A DNA stretch of 64,000 nucleotides, taken from NCBI GenBank assembly GCA_017610325.1, contig JAFCCF010000001.1, positions 12,950 through 76,949 on the forward strand, read 5' to 3'. This DNA is from Candidatus Aminicenantes bacterium. Its GTDB lineage: Archaea > Nanobdellota > Nanobdellia > Woesearchaeales > JAFCCF01. This document shows, piece by piece, positions 10,161-19,594 of the stretch; the stretch's first letter is position 1; each line of letters starts with the position of its first letter. Position numbers and translations under genes: made by a program. The notes below the pieces were generated by a model, which saw nothing but the letters and a program-made list of their open reading frames with translations, did not search any database and was not told the origin of the DNA.

Positions 10161-10367
10161 ATGGTAAAAAGACTTATTCCTTTGGCAGCTATGGAGAAAA
10201 TTCTTAAGAAATGTGGTGCAATTAGGGTAGCGGATTCTGCAAAGGTAACCATGAAAAACACCATCGAGGATATTGCCGACGACATTGCAAGAAACGCAGT
10301 GCAGCTTGCAACACATGCAGGAAGAAAAACAGTGAAGGCAGGAGATATAAAACTTGCAGTCAAATAA
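10161..10367 (+). CDS. archaeal histone (HMf-like histone fold)
   Basis: 68 aa. Histone-fold pattern (LPLAAMEKILKK...RVADSAKV...IARNAVQLATHAGRKTVKAGDIKLA). Confidence 0.85.
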   Translation: MVKRLIPLAAMEKILKKCGAIRVADSAKVTMKNTIEDIADDIARNAVQLATHAGRKTVKAGDIKLAVK

Positions 10368-11276
10368 TCAAATCTTTATCTTCATCAAATCATAAGCACA
10401 GACTACATTACTAAAATAATCTTTTGCATCTTCTTCAATCTCCTGCGTGTTCTTGTACCTTTGTGAGAAGTGTGTTAGGATAAGCTTCTTTGCCCCCGCT
10501 TTATTGGCAATAAGCGCAGCTTGTTTGGCAGTTAGGTGTTTATATTCCCTGGCTTTGTCCTCATGTTTGGATGTATAAACAGATTCACTAACTAGGACAT
10601 CGGCATTCTTAGCAAGAGTATAACAATTATTACAAACAAGTGTATCACAGATAAACGAAATTTTCTTCCCCTTAACAATATAAGTTACATCGCCCGGCAT
10701 GATCTTTTTGCCCTTGAAAATCACTGAGTTGCCACGTTGTAATTTTCCAAGGAGCGGGCCTTGCGGGATTCCAAGCGTCTTTACAGTAGCAACCTTTATC
10801 CGTCTCCTGTCCTTTTCAATAAAATTAAAACCAAGACAGGGTATGCTGTGCACCAGGGGTAAACACTCAAGTTTAAAATCAGGACCATCAAAGAACACCC
10901 CGGATTCAATCTCCTTAACAATGAATTTCACACCTTCATGCCCCACAAACGTTTTCTGCACCAATTCGATAAATTTTTTGGTTCCACGCGGACCGTATAT
11001 TTGCAAAGTACCACTGTACTCATTTGCACCAATTGTCTGAATCAATCCAGGCAGGCCAAGTACATGGTCACCATGCCAATGCGAAATTAGGATTTTGGTT
11101 ACTTTAGTTGGTTTGATGCCGGCTATTCGCATCTGCCGCTGTGTACCTTCACCACAATCAACTAGTATCCCTTCATTCTTAAAAGTAATAAAAGCTGCTG
11201 AATGATTCCTTTCTTTTGTAGGTTGCATACATGCAGTGCCCAAAAATATCATCTCCATTTCAAAAGCCCTAAACAA
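10368..11276 (-). CDS. rnz: ribonuclease Z (tRNA 3' processing endonuclease, metallo-beta-lactamase fold)
   Basis: 302 aa. HWHGDH zinc motif, size and motif order of short-form tRNase Z. Confidence 0.85.
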   Translation of the reverse strand: MFRAFEMEMIFLGTACMQPTKERNHSAAFITFKNEGILVDCGEGTQRQMRIAGIKPTKVTKILISHWHGDHVLGLPGLIQTIGANEYSGTLQIYGPRGTKKFIELVQKTFVGHEGVKFIVKEIESGVFFDGPDFKLECLPLVHSIPCLGFNFIEKDRRRIKVATVKTLGIPQGPLLGKLQRGNSVIFKGKKIMPGDVTYIVKGKKISFICDTLVCNNCYTLAKNADVLVSESVYTSKHEDKAREYKHLTAKQAALIANKAGAKKLILTHFSQRYKNTQEIEEDAKDYFSNVVCAYDLMKIKI

Positions 11277-11344
11277 ACGATATTATATAAACCTTAATTA
11301 TTTTCAATATTGAAAATAATTAATAAACGAAAGCTTTTTTAGTA

Positions 11345-11938
11345 GTGAGGAATCCCAAGATACCTATGGTAAAGAAAACAAAGGTCAAGAAAACAGAGAA
11401 AAAGGAAAAACGAATAGTTATAAAGGCAACATTCCAGAAAGAAAGAGTTATTACAGAAGATTCAGGCGCAGCCATAGAGCTTTATAACCAGAGCAGATTT
11501 GGAACAGTGCTTGATAATAATAAGGTGCAGCTGTCATTGTACGAGGCGCTCTATCTTATGGAAAAGGGCAAGATTAAGGTTTATGACATGAGGAATAAGT
11601 GTTTCGAGTTTGACAGGTTCCTGAAGTGGGCAAAGAGAACTGAGCCAAGTTTTTGGGTAAAATACTATGTGTTTAAGGACATAAGGAACCGTGGCTACAT
11701 AATCAAAACAGCGCTCAAATTCGGGGCAGATTTTAGGGTATATGATCGTGGAGTAAAACCAGGAGAAGACCATGCAAGATGGATTGTGTATCCTGTGCAC
11801 GAAGGCGCAGTCATGACATGGTACGAGTTTGCGGCAAAGAACCGCGTTGCACATAGCACGAAAAAAAGATTGCTTATTGGTATAGTCGATGAAGAGAACT
11901 CTGTAACCTATTACGAGATTAAATGGACAAGACCCTGA
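11345..11938 (+). CDS. endA: tRNA-splicing endonuclease catalytic subunit EndA
   Basis: 197 aa. N-terminal Lys-rich extension then a conserved EndA catalytic C-terminal domain (YLxxKG...FLKW...YIIK). Confidence 0.8.
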   Translation: MRNPKIPMVKKTKVKKTEKKEKRIVIKATFQKERVITEDSGAAIELYNQSRFGTVLDNNKVQLSLYEALYLMEKGKIKVYDMRNKCFEFDRFLKWAKRTEPSFWVKYYVFKDIRNRGYIIKTALKFGADFRVYDRGVKPGEDHARWIVYPVHEGAVMTWYEFAAKNRVAHSTKKRLLIGIVDEENSVTYYEIKWTRP

Positions 11939-11975
11939 CAAAAGATATATATATGTTATTATTTCTTAAAATCAT

Positions 11976-12902
11976 ATGGGTACCAAGGACAGAATACTGG
12001 CAATTATAAGGCAGAAAGGGCCAGTTATACCCGTACATGTATCAAGGGAAATAAATACGTCAATTCTTATGGCATCTGCGCTGCTTAGCGAACTTGTCAA
12101 AAACAAACAGGTATTAATTTCAACTATTAAAATAGGAAGTTCACCCCTTTACTACACCACAGGACAGGAACAGAAACTGCAGCAATACTCAAATCATTTG
12201 TCTGCCAGGGAGAGGGAAGCATATGAACTTATCAAGCAAAAACTGGTGCTGCAAGATTCAAAACAGCAGCCAGTGACGCGCGCAGCGCTTAGGCAGATAC
12301 GCGATTTTGCAAAGCCAATCGAAGTAACGATTGAGGGAAAGAACGAACTTTTCTGGAAGTGGTACCTTGCTTCTGCAACTGATGTTGAGAAGCAGGTAAA
12401 GGAAACCCTCGGTGTAAAAGAACCAAGGGCACCGGAACCTGAAAAACCCAAAGCAGAACCCGTGCCAAAACCAGAAATCCTGAAAGAACAACCAAAACCC
12501 ACGTTCAAGAGAGGGCCGGAACCTAAAGAACCCAAACCTAAACTCAAACCAGAACCAAAACCCAAACTACAATTTGTTGACAAGACTGTAGAGGACGAAT
12601 TCCTGAGTAAGGTTGTTTGGTACTTTAAAAAGAGCGAGATAGAGATAATTGAAAAAAATGTTATACGTAAAAAATCAGAGATTGATTTCATAATTAAGAT
12701 TCCAAGCCCCGTAGGTACCCTAAAATATTATTGCAAGGCAAGGAACAAGGCAAAGATCAATGACCGCGATTTAAGCTCTGCGTATGTACAGGGTCAGATG
12801 AAAAAACTTCCTGTCTTGTTTATATACGCCAGCGATATCACCAAAAAGGCAAGGGAGATGCTGTACAGGGAGTTTGAAAATATGACACTCAAAAAAATAT
12901 AA
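11976..12902 (+). CDS. hypothetical protein: N-terminal wHTH-like, central (K/E)P(K/E)P low-complexity linker, C-terminal possible PD-(D/E)xK-like domain
   Basis: 308 aa. Central run PEPEKPKAEPVPKPEI...PEPKEPKPKLKPEPKPK. C-terminal segment ...EIDFIIK...YYCKARNK... is reminiscent of restriction-endonuclease-like folds; this is inference. Confidence 0.5.
   Translation: MGTKDRILAIIRQKGPVIPVHVSREINTSILMASALLSELVKNKQVLISTIKIGSSPLYYTTGQEQKLQQYSNHLSAREREAYELIKQKLVLQDSKQQPVTRAALRQIRDFAKPIEVTIEGKNELFWKWYLASATDVEKQVKETLGVKEPRAPEPEKPKAEPVPKPEILKEQPKPTFKRGPEPKEPKPKLKPEPKPKLQFVDKTVEDEFLSKVVWYFKKSEIEIIEKNVIRKKSEIDFIIKIPSPVGTLKYYCKARNKAKINDRDLSSAYVQGQMKKLPVLFIYASDITKKAREMLYREFENMTLKKI
12400..12590 (+). repeat. 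coding low-complexity (K/E)P repeat tract inside the hypothetical gene 11976-12902
   Basis: Repeated aaaccagaa/ccaaaaccc units encode PEPKPK.... Confidence 0.6.
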
Positions 12903-12903
12903 A

Positions 12904-13935
12904 ATGGGAACCCAGATAACCCCACTGCTAGTTTCAAAGAACATAAGCATTAGCGATTTACGAGATAAGAAGCTTGCTGTAGACGCGTTTAATGTTCTTT
13001 ACCAGTTTCTTTCTACAATCCGTGGCAGAGATGGTTCGCAGCTTATGGATTCAAGAGGCAGAGTGACCTCCCACCTTACCGGGCTTTTTTCAAGGACCAC
13101 TCGGCTTATGCAGGCAGGACTAAAACTTACGTTTGTTTTTGATGGCGAGCCACCAAAGCTCAAGGAAAAAGAACGCAGGCGAAGGCATGAGCTAAAACAG
13201 GAAGCCAAAGCCAGATACAAGGAAGCTGAGGCAAGGGAAGACATAGGGGCAATGAAAAAATATGCTATGCGCACAACAACCCTAACGCCAGAACTGGTTG
13301 ATGAGGCAAAAGAGCTCATAACTGCCCTTGGCTTGCCTGTTGTACAAGCTCCGTCCGAAGGAGAGGCGCAGGCAGCTTATATGGCCAGCAAGGGCGATGT
13401 TGATTATATCGTGTCTCAGGACGCAGACGCGCTGCTATTCAAAGCGCCGTTTGTTGTTAAGAACCTGGCAATAACCCAGCGCAGAAAAAAACCAAACCAG
13501 CTTAGCTATGAAGCAGTTGAGCCAGAACTTATCTCATTGTCCGAAAACCTTAAGGCACTTAATATCAACCAAGACCAACTGATTTGCCTTGCGATGCTTG
13601 TTGGCACAGATTATAATATCGGCGGCATCAAGGGCATTGGACCGAAAAAAGCGCTCCCTCTTGTTATAAGATATAAGACACCTGACAAGATTTTCAAGGA
13701 AGCAGAGTGGGCCAAGTATTTTGACCTTGACTGGAAAGATGTGTTTAACACATTTAAGAAGATTCCAACAACAGACGATTATAATCTAAAATGGGAAGAG
13801 CCAAACCATGGCAAGGTAGTTAATATTTTGTGCGATGAGCATGACTTTAGCAAGGACAGGGTGAAGGCTACATTGAATAAGCTTAGTACAGTAATAAAAA
13901 AACAGGACCAGAAAGGACTGCAAGACTTTTTTTAA
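12904..13935 (+). CDS. fen: flap endonuclease FEN1
   Basis: 343 aa. XPG N and I regions (AVDAFNVLYQFL, SQDADALLF) and a C-terminal PIP-like tail. Confidence 0.9.
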   Translation: MGTQITPLLVSKNISISDLRDKKLAVDAFNVLYQFLSTIRGRDGSQLMDSRGRVTSHLTGLFSRTTRLMQAGLKLTFVFDGEPPKLKEKERRRRHELKQEAKARYKEAEAREDIGAMKKYAMRTTTLTPELVDEAKELITALGLPVVQAPSEGEAQAAYMASKGDVDYIVSQDADALLFKAPFVVKNLAITQRRKKPNQLSYEAVEPELISLSENLKALNINQDQLICLAMLVGTDYNIGGIKGIGPKKALPLVIRYKTPDKIFKEAEWAKYFDLDWKDVFNTFKKIPTTDDYNLKWEEPNHGKVVNILCDEHDFSKDRVKATLNKLSTVIKKQDQKGLQDFF

Positions 13936-13943
13936 TATTCAAA

Positions 13944-14708
13944 ATGAGGCAACTTGTAATCGGGCATAGGGGGGCTGCAGGACTGGCACCAGAAAACACT
14001 GCAGCAGCAATCCGCACAGCAGTAAAGCTCAAAGTAGATGTTATTGAATTAGATATGCAGCTAACAAAAGATTACGAACTTGTACTGTTCCATGATTATA
14101 AAATGGATAGGACAACAGGTAAATTTGGTGTTGTCAATGATTTGACCTTTAAACAGTTGAGTGGCCTGGATGTTGGAAGTTTTTTTAGCAAGGAATTTTC
14201 AAGTGAAACACCAATTACACTGGAGGAGACCCTTAAGATGGTGGGGGGTAGATGTCAGATTATAATTGACATCAAGGACAGGAATCTAAGGGAGGCAGAA
14301 ATTCTAGCCAGGTTATTAATAGAGAAGATTAAAAAAAGCAAATTCAAGAAACAGATAAGAATAAGCAGCTGGAACCATTATGTTGATAGGTATGTTGATA
14401 AGGAAATTAAGGAAGCAGGCCTGAAAAATGTAGCGCTTGCATATCTTCACAGGAAGCGCGGCAGCCCATTTAAGAACCTCAAAAACCTCAATTATATCTC
14501 AATCCACCCACATTTTCTGCGCACATCCAAACACCTGATTAGGGAAGCACACAAGCTTGGGCTGCAGGTGTTTCCATGGGGGGTTGGCAAAAAAAAGCTC
14601 ATGAAAAAGCTGCTTAAGATGGGTGTGGATGGAATCATAACAGATTATCCGAATCGTTTGCAGGAGGTATTAAATGATTACAGTAAAAGTACCGCTAAAA
14701 AACGCTGA
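13944..14708 (+). CDS. glycerophosphodiester phosphodiesterase (GDPD/UgpQ family)
   Basis: 254 aa. VIGHRGAAGLAPENT and ELDMQLTKD...LFHD motifs. Confidence 0.85.
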   Translation: MRQLVIGHRGAAGLAPENTAAAIRTAVKLKVDVIELDMQLTKDYELVLFHDYKMDRTTGKFGVVNDLTFKQLSGLDVGSFFSKEFSSETPITLEETLKMVGGRCQIIIDIKDRNLREAEILARLLIEKIKKSKFKKQIRISSWNHYVDRYVDKEIKEAGLKNVALAYLHRKRGSPFKNLKNLNYISIHPHFLRTSKHLIREAHKLGLQVFPWGVGKKKLMKKLLKMGVDGIITDYPNRLQEVLNDYSKSTAKKR

Positions 14709-15696
14709 GCAAGTTAAGAACCAGCTTATTACAAAGAATCTTTTCAATAACAAATACAAGGTTCTGAAGAAAGGCAGCTATCTCTATATTCCAGTCACTA
14801 GCAAACAACAGGTTAAAGAAACAGTTCCAGAAGCACAGTTTTCCAGCATCCAGCTGCCGAGAATCAAGCAAAAACCTAGTATAAGGGAAGCACTAACAAA
14901 AAAACTAACACACAACGAGCTTGAGCAGTTGAAGACAGCCCACGACCAGATTGGCAGCATTGCGATAATCGAGGTGGATCCAGAACTTAGCAAGAGAGAG
15001 AAACAGATAGCAAACACTTTATTGAAACTCAATCCAAGCATCAAGACAGTTTACAAGAAAGCAGCTGCTCACGAGGGCAAATTCAGGGTGCAAAAGTTGA
15101 GGTATTTGGCAGGAGAGAGAAAAAGCGAGACAGAGTACAAAGAAAATAACATAACCATTCAGCTTGATGTTAAAACTGTGTATTTCTCACCTAGGTTGGG
15201 CAATGAGAGAAAAAGAATAACAAAGCAGGTTAAGAAAGGTGAGAAGGTTATGGTGCTCTTTTCAGGTTGCGGACCTTATGTATGTTCAATTGCAAAGAAC
15301 TCAAAAGCAAGTGAGGTATGGGGGATTGAAATCAACCCAGAAGCAAGCAGGTATGCTTTTGAGAATACAATACTGAACAAGCTGAGCAACACAAGGTTGT
15401 TTAGGGGAGATGTTAAAAAGATTGTGCCAAAACTAAAGCAGAAATTTGACCGGATTCTTATGCCTCTTCCAAAAACCAGCGAATCATTTCTTTCAAGCGC
15501 GTTAACGCTTGCAAAAAAAGGCACAATTATCCATTTTTACAGCTTCCAAAAACAAGGGGAGTTTAAAAAGGCAGTGAATAAGATAAAAAAAGCATGCAAA
15601 AAAGCCAAGAAAACGAGCAAGATACTGGAAATTGTGAAATGTGGACAACATGCCCCATATATTTATAGAATCTGCGTTGATTTTAAGATTAGCTGA
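14674..15696 (+). CDS. tRNA (guanine37-N1)-methyltransferase Trm5/Taw-type class I SAM MTase
   Basis: 340 aa. Met-10+ like C-terminal MTase (VLFSGCGPY...IEINPEA...FDRILMPLP). Overlaps the GDPD gene by 35 nt. Confidence 0.75.
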   Translation: MITVKVPLKNAEQVKNQLITKNLFNNKYKVLKKGSYLYIPVTSKQQVKETVPEAQFSSIQLPRIKQKPSIREALTKKLTHNELEQLKTAHDQIGSIAIIEVDPELSKREKQIANTLLKLNPSIKTVYKKAAAHEGKFRVQKLRYLAGERKSETEYKENNITIQLDVKTVYFSPRLGNERKRITKQVKKGEKVMVLFSGCGPYVCSIAKNSKASEVWGIEINPEASRYAFENTILNKLSNTRLFRGDVKKIVPKLKQKFDRILMPLPKTSESFLSSALTLAKKGTIIHFYSFQKQGEFKKAVNKIKKACKKAKKTSKILEIVKCGQHAPYIYRICVDFKIS

Positions 15697-16069
15697 TTAG
15701 CATTAGAACAATCAGGAAGACAAAGATGCCCCCTACTAAAAGAACAGGGGTATTTCCAACTTCTGTGTTTTTCTTTGGAACCCGCAGTTTCTGCTTCTCA
15801 ATCTCTACGAGTGTCTTGTTATAATTCATCATATGCAATCACTGTGGTCCTCCTTTTGCTAACAAGTTGTATTTAAGCTTTTCTATTGTTGTTTCGGTGT
15901 GCGCTCTCGTGACATATGTCATGATACTACACACTATTGTTGTTTCGGAAAGGTTTTTATACACCTGACTCCCTCTGTTTATCGTGCGTGCGTGATGATC
16001 GTGTGAACACCCGAGGAATCCGAGAGGATGATGACTTACGGATGTAACTGGTGAACTCGCGCACAATTT

Positions 16070-16408
16070 TCACACATACTTCTCCTTGATAAAGGCATAT
16101 CTCTCATTTTTTGGCCTGGGGCTGATTGGCTCTGCACTTTGGACAGCTTCTGCTATGTTATCTATTAGCTTTGGCTCTGCCTGGTTTGCCTCTACTTTGT
16201 CTTTGGTGCCTATGCCATTTCCATTTGAGCTGTAATCTGCCCCGCCCCATGGCGAGAACATCATCCACCTCAAGTTACCACCATAATAAAACTCTTCTAA
16301 ATCAAAATCCATTTTCATTTCCTCCTTGTTGTTTATCATGGTCTCTAACCTTGGTTTCGAATCCCCTTCCAGAATCTTTAGCAAGAAAGGGGGGTAATTA
16401 TAATACAA
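16070..16408 (-). CDS. hypothetical protein
   Basis: 112-aa ORF with no recognised family. Coding status is uncertain. Confidence 0.3.
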   Translation of the reverse strand: MYYNYPPFLLKILEGDSKPRLETMINNKEEMKMDFDLEEFYYGGNLRWMMFSPWGGADYSSNGNGIGTKDKVEANQAEPKLIDNIAEAVQSAEPISPRPKNERYAFIKEKYV

Positions 16409-16592
16409 TAACCAGGATTAGAGCAATGAATAGGTTAATCTTCCATACATAATACATATGATTAATCCTGCTCATTTTAATATTTTAACTTAGGTGAATC
16501 AGGTTATATTTAAAATTAACTGAAAAAGAAATCGCACCAATCATCCAAACATACTAAGAAATCAGAGATTTCTAGTCGTTCAGACAACTTCG

Positions 16593-17732
16593 TTATCCAA
16601 ACATATGCATGTAATCGTCGCCCTCAAGCTGCTGCTCAACCTTTATCTTTTTAATTGCTTCTGAGAAGTCTATGTGGGTGACAATGAACCTATTCTGGCG
16701 TATTGCAAAGTAGCCAGCTTCTGTGCACACTGCCTTGACCTCTGCGCCCGAGAAACCATCCATTTGTTTGATTAGCTTCCCAACCTTTATCTTCTTATCA
16801 AGCGTCATGTTCCGCGTATGAATCTTGAATATAGCTTTCAAGCCATCTATATCAGGCACATCAACACGTATCAACCTATCCAGCCTACCTGGCCTGAGAA
16901 CTGCAGGGTCCAGTATGTCCCGCCTGTTTGTGCATCCAATAATCTTGACATTGCCGAGGTGCTTGAAGCCGTCAATCTCTGCCAGCAACTGCATAAAGGT
17001 TCTCTGGACCTCCCTCTCTCCGCTTGTTCCAATCTCAACCCTGGTTGCAGCGATTGCGTCAAGCTCATCAATAAATATAATGGATGGAGCCTTTCTTTTT
17101 GCAAGCTCAAAAATTTCCTTAACAAGCTTTGCACCTTCTCCTATAAATTTCTGCACCAGCTCACTACCAACAACTTCAATAAATGTGCTCTTTGTTGATT
17201 TTGCAACTGCCTTAGCCAGAAGTGTCTTGCCTGTACCTGGTGGGCCATAAAGCAGCACCCCTTTTGGTGGTTGTATACCCACTTTCTTGAAAAGCTCAGG
17301 TTTCTTAAGCGGGAGCTCAATAACTTCCTTGACTTCCCGTATCTGCTTGTCAAGCCCCCCTATATCCTTCCAGCCAATCTTTGGCTTTTCAATAATCACA
17401 AATTTCTCAACATCAAACCTTTTGCTTGCATCAACTTTCTTCACCACAGTAAGGTTTTTCTGCTCACATAACACAAGCTCTCCTGCTTTCAGGTTCTTAA
17501 TGTCAGATGAAATACTTACAAAGAACTGGTTGCCATTTGGCACCCTGATTATCGCACCATCACCAATAATATCCGAAATTTCACAAACCATGAGCGCTGG
17601 CTGTTTGAACTTGTCAATCTCCAACTTAAGCTGATTAACGGTTTCTTTAAGAATCCTATTTTCATCTTCAAGCCCGTCGCGCAGTGTAGTATAGCTAAAC
17701 GCAACATTGTCAAACTCCCTGTTAGTCGCCAT
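16593..17732 (-). CDS. pan: proteasome-activating nucleotidase PAN (AAA+ ATPase)
   Basis: 379 aa. N-terminal coiled coil, OB region, Walker A GPPGTGKT, Walker B IIFIDELD and second region of homology. Confidence 0.9.
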   Translation of the reverse strand: MATNREFDNVAFSYTTLRDGLEDENRILKETVNQLKLEIDKFKQPALMVCEISDIIGDGAIIRVPNGNQFFVSISSDIKNLKAGELVLCEQKNLTVVKKVDASKRFDVEKFVIIEKPKIGWKDIGGLDKQIREVKEVIELPLKKPELFKKVGIQPPKGVLLYGPPGTGKTLLAKAVAKSTKSTFIEVVGSELVQKFIGEGAKLVKEIFELAKRKAPSIIFIDELDAIAATRVEIGTSGEREVQRTFMQLLAEIDGFKHLGNVKIIGCTNRRDILDPAVLRPGRLDRLIRVDVPDIDGLKAIFKIHTRNMTLDKKIKVGKLIKQMDGFSGAEVKAVCTEAGYFAIRQNRFIVTHIDFSEAIKKIKVEQQLEGDDYMHMFG

Positions 17733-17796
17733 ATGCCTAGAGAAGCAGATACCATTTATAAGTTTTTGGGTTTTTGTTTATTATAAGTGGTAAAAA

Positions 17797-19572
17797 TTAA
17801 ACAACGAGCTTTCCCTGTTTTACCATCCAAATCATTCTGCCTGATTTTGTCAGGCCATAAATATTCATCTTTTGCTTTCGACAGTTGCACACAATATCAT
17901 AGTGATACTCGGTTGCCCTGTCAGCATCAAAGCCAGAACCCAACGCAATATGAATCATACCTGCAACCTTTTCATCAACAATTAGGTAACCAGATAACTT
18001 TGCTTTTGGGTTTGTGTTAATGGCAAATTCCCCTATTCTGTGAAAATTCTTCTTTTTTAGGTTTGTTATGGATTTTGGAACAGCACCGCTTTTTTCCTCA
18101 AGAAGGATTTTGTTCCAGCTATCTTTTTTCTTTTTCTTTAGTATGTTCAGAACGCGTTTTGGGCCAGCAACAACCCTATATTTTTCCATTTTACAGTTTA
18201 TAACCATCGGGTTTTTCTGGGAGAGCCTATAACTGTCATCAATTGCAATCACCACATCCCCAACAACAGTGCCCTCTACTGCTTCAGGTGTTAGGAACAT
18301 CTCCCCTCCAGGGATGTTTGCCATTGTCCCACATTTTATTTTGGTTTTCTTATAGAACTGCTTGTCGTATCTGTTCCTTATGTCAACATCACTTCTCTTT
18401 GGAGCTCTCCTGCCCCCTTTCTTGTCAACAAGGTGGACAACAAAATCTGTCTGATATTTACCAACCGGAATCCCCTTAACAACAATCTTCTCGCATTTGT
18501 CGGCCTTTTTCGCAAGCTTTTTGTTTGTCTCAGCCATTTTGAGCCAGTCAATGTTACATGTAAGGATAAAGTCATCAATCGGAATAGTTTGTGTAAATCC
18601 AATCCTTGACCTTGGCTTACGCGTGTCAAACCTGGCTTGCGGAGCCCAGCTTAACTTGTATAGTATCCCCGAAGGAGATAACCACCTGCTCTTTTTGTTA
18701 GGTGTTGGATAGCCAAACACATACCCAAACTGGTGCTTTCCGCCATAGCCCTTGCCAGAAATTGCAAAAATTGCGCTAGCTGTTATAATCCTGCTTATTT
18801 TGAAAAGCCTTGAGACTGCCCTAAATTTTTTGAACACTGGTTCGCTAATGTTTTTGCTAAGCTCACAGCCCAGCAACGTGGTTTTTAGGTCACCCACTAG
18901 TTCAGATGGCTCAAGCACAGACATTCTTGAGGTGGAAGTGCCCATAGACACCTTGCTGCACCTGCCCTTTACAGTCTCGTACATTGCCCTTGCAATAAGA
19001 TAAGAATCAAGATAATCAACAAGCGGCTTTTCCAAATCTTTCTGCTTAGGTATCAGCTCAAAGCGCAGACTGACAATTTCTGATTTTTTTAGGTCATAAA
19101 GCTGGTTCCATAAGACATTTGCAGTTTGTAAGAGTTCCTTCCACCTATGTGCCTTGAACCAACCTGCTCTTATTTCCAGGGACGTAACACCACAAACAAA
19201 CTTGCCTGCCCTGTATTCAAATATCACTGGGGCTTCAAACATGCGCCTTAACTTGCCTTTGGCTTTCTTGTCAATGAAATCAATAAATTCTTTGAGCGCA
19301 GCTTCTTTTTTCCCAACCTTATTATTTCGTATGTTGTCATAACTCTTCCAGATATCTTTCAACACATTGTATGAGTGTGACGTCCCAGGCGCCATCATCA
19401 CGTGTAGATCAGATTTGAGGTTGTGCACTGCCCTGGACAACGGAGCCATAGCATAGTATGCGGCTTCGTGCTTACAGTTAAACACAAACAGGAAATTCTT
19501 AGATTTAATTCCCTTAAGTGCGTTCTGGTAATACCTCACCGCAGAATTAAATTCCTTTATATTATATTTCAT
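17797..19572 (-). CDS. hypothetical protein, C-terminal half resembling an M29/AmpS-type aminopeptidase fold
   Basis: The ORF tool extends it to 19680, but the M24 peptidase gene ends at 19595, so the likely start is the Met at 19572 (MKYNIKEF...). C-terminal EFAINTNP...HIALG-like segments recall M29; this is a weak, inferred call. Confidence 0.4.
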   Translation of the reverse strand: MKYNIKEFNSAVRYYQNALKGIKSKNFLFVFNCKHEAAYYAMAPLSRAVHNLKSDLHVMMAPGTSHSYNVLKDIWKSYDNIRNNKVGKKEAALKEFIDFIDKKAKGKLRRMFEAPVIFEYRAGKFVCGVTSLEIRAGWFKAHRWKELLQTANVLWNQLYDLKKSEIVSLRFELIPKQKDLEKPLVDYLDSYLIARAMYETVKGRCSKVSMGTSTSRMSVLEPSELVGDLKTTLLGCELSKNISEPVFKKFRAVSRLFKISRIITASAIFAISGKGYGGKHQFGYVFGYPTPNKKSRWLSPSGILYKLSWAPQARFDTRKPRSRIGFTQTIPIDDFILTCNIDWLKMAETNKKLAKKADKCEKIVVKGIPVGKYQTDFVVHLVDKKGGRRAPKRSDVDIRNRYDKQFYKKTKIKCGTMANIPGGEMFLTPEAVEGTVVGDVVIAIDDSYRLSQKNPMVINCKMEKYRVVAGPKRVLNILKKKKKDSWNKILLEEKSGAVPKSITNLKKKNFHRIGEFAINTNPKAKLSGYLIVDEKVAGMIHIALGSGFDADRATEYHYDIVCNCRKQKMNIYGLTKSGRMIWMVKQGKLVV

Positions 19573-19594
19573 GCAACTTTTGTTTCGCAGCTCA

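Noticed and set aside
12194-12691. Antisense ORFs (165, 77, 68 aa) across the (K/E)P repeat region
   Set aside because: The frames stay open only because of the low-complexity repeat. They are antisense to the real gene 11976-12902.
15839-16066. 75-aa minus-strand ORF (MCASSPVTSVSHHPLG…)
   Set aside because: It has a low-complexity, His/Ser-rich translation and overlaps a region better explained as structured non-coding DNA/RNA (see finding).
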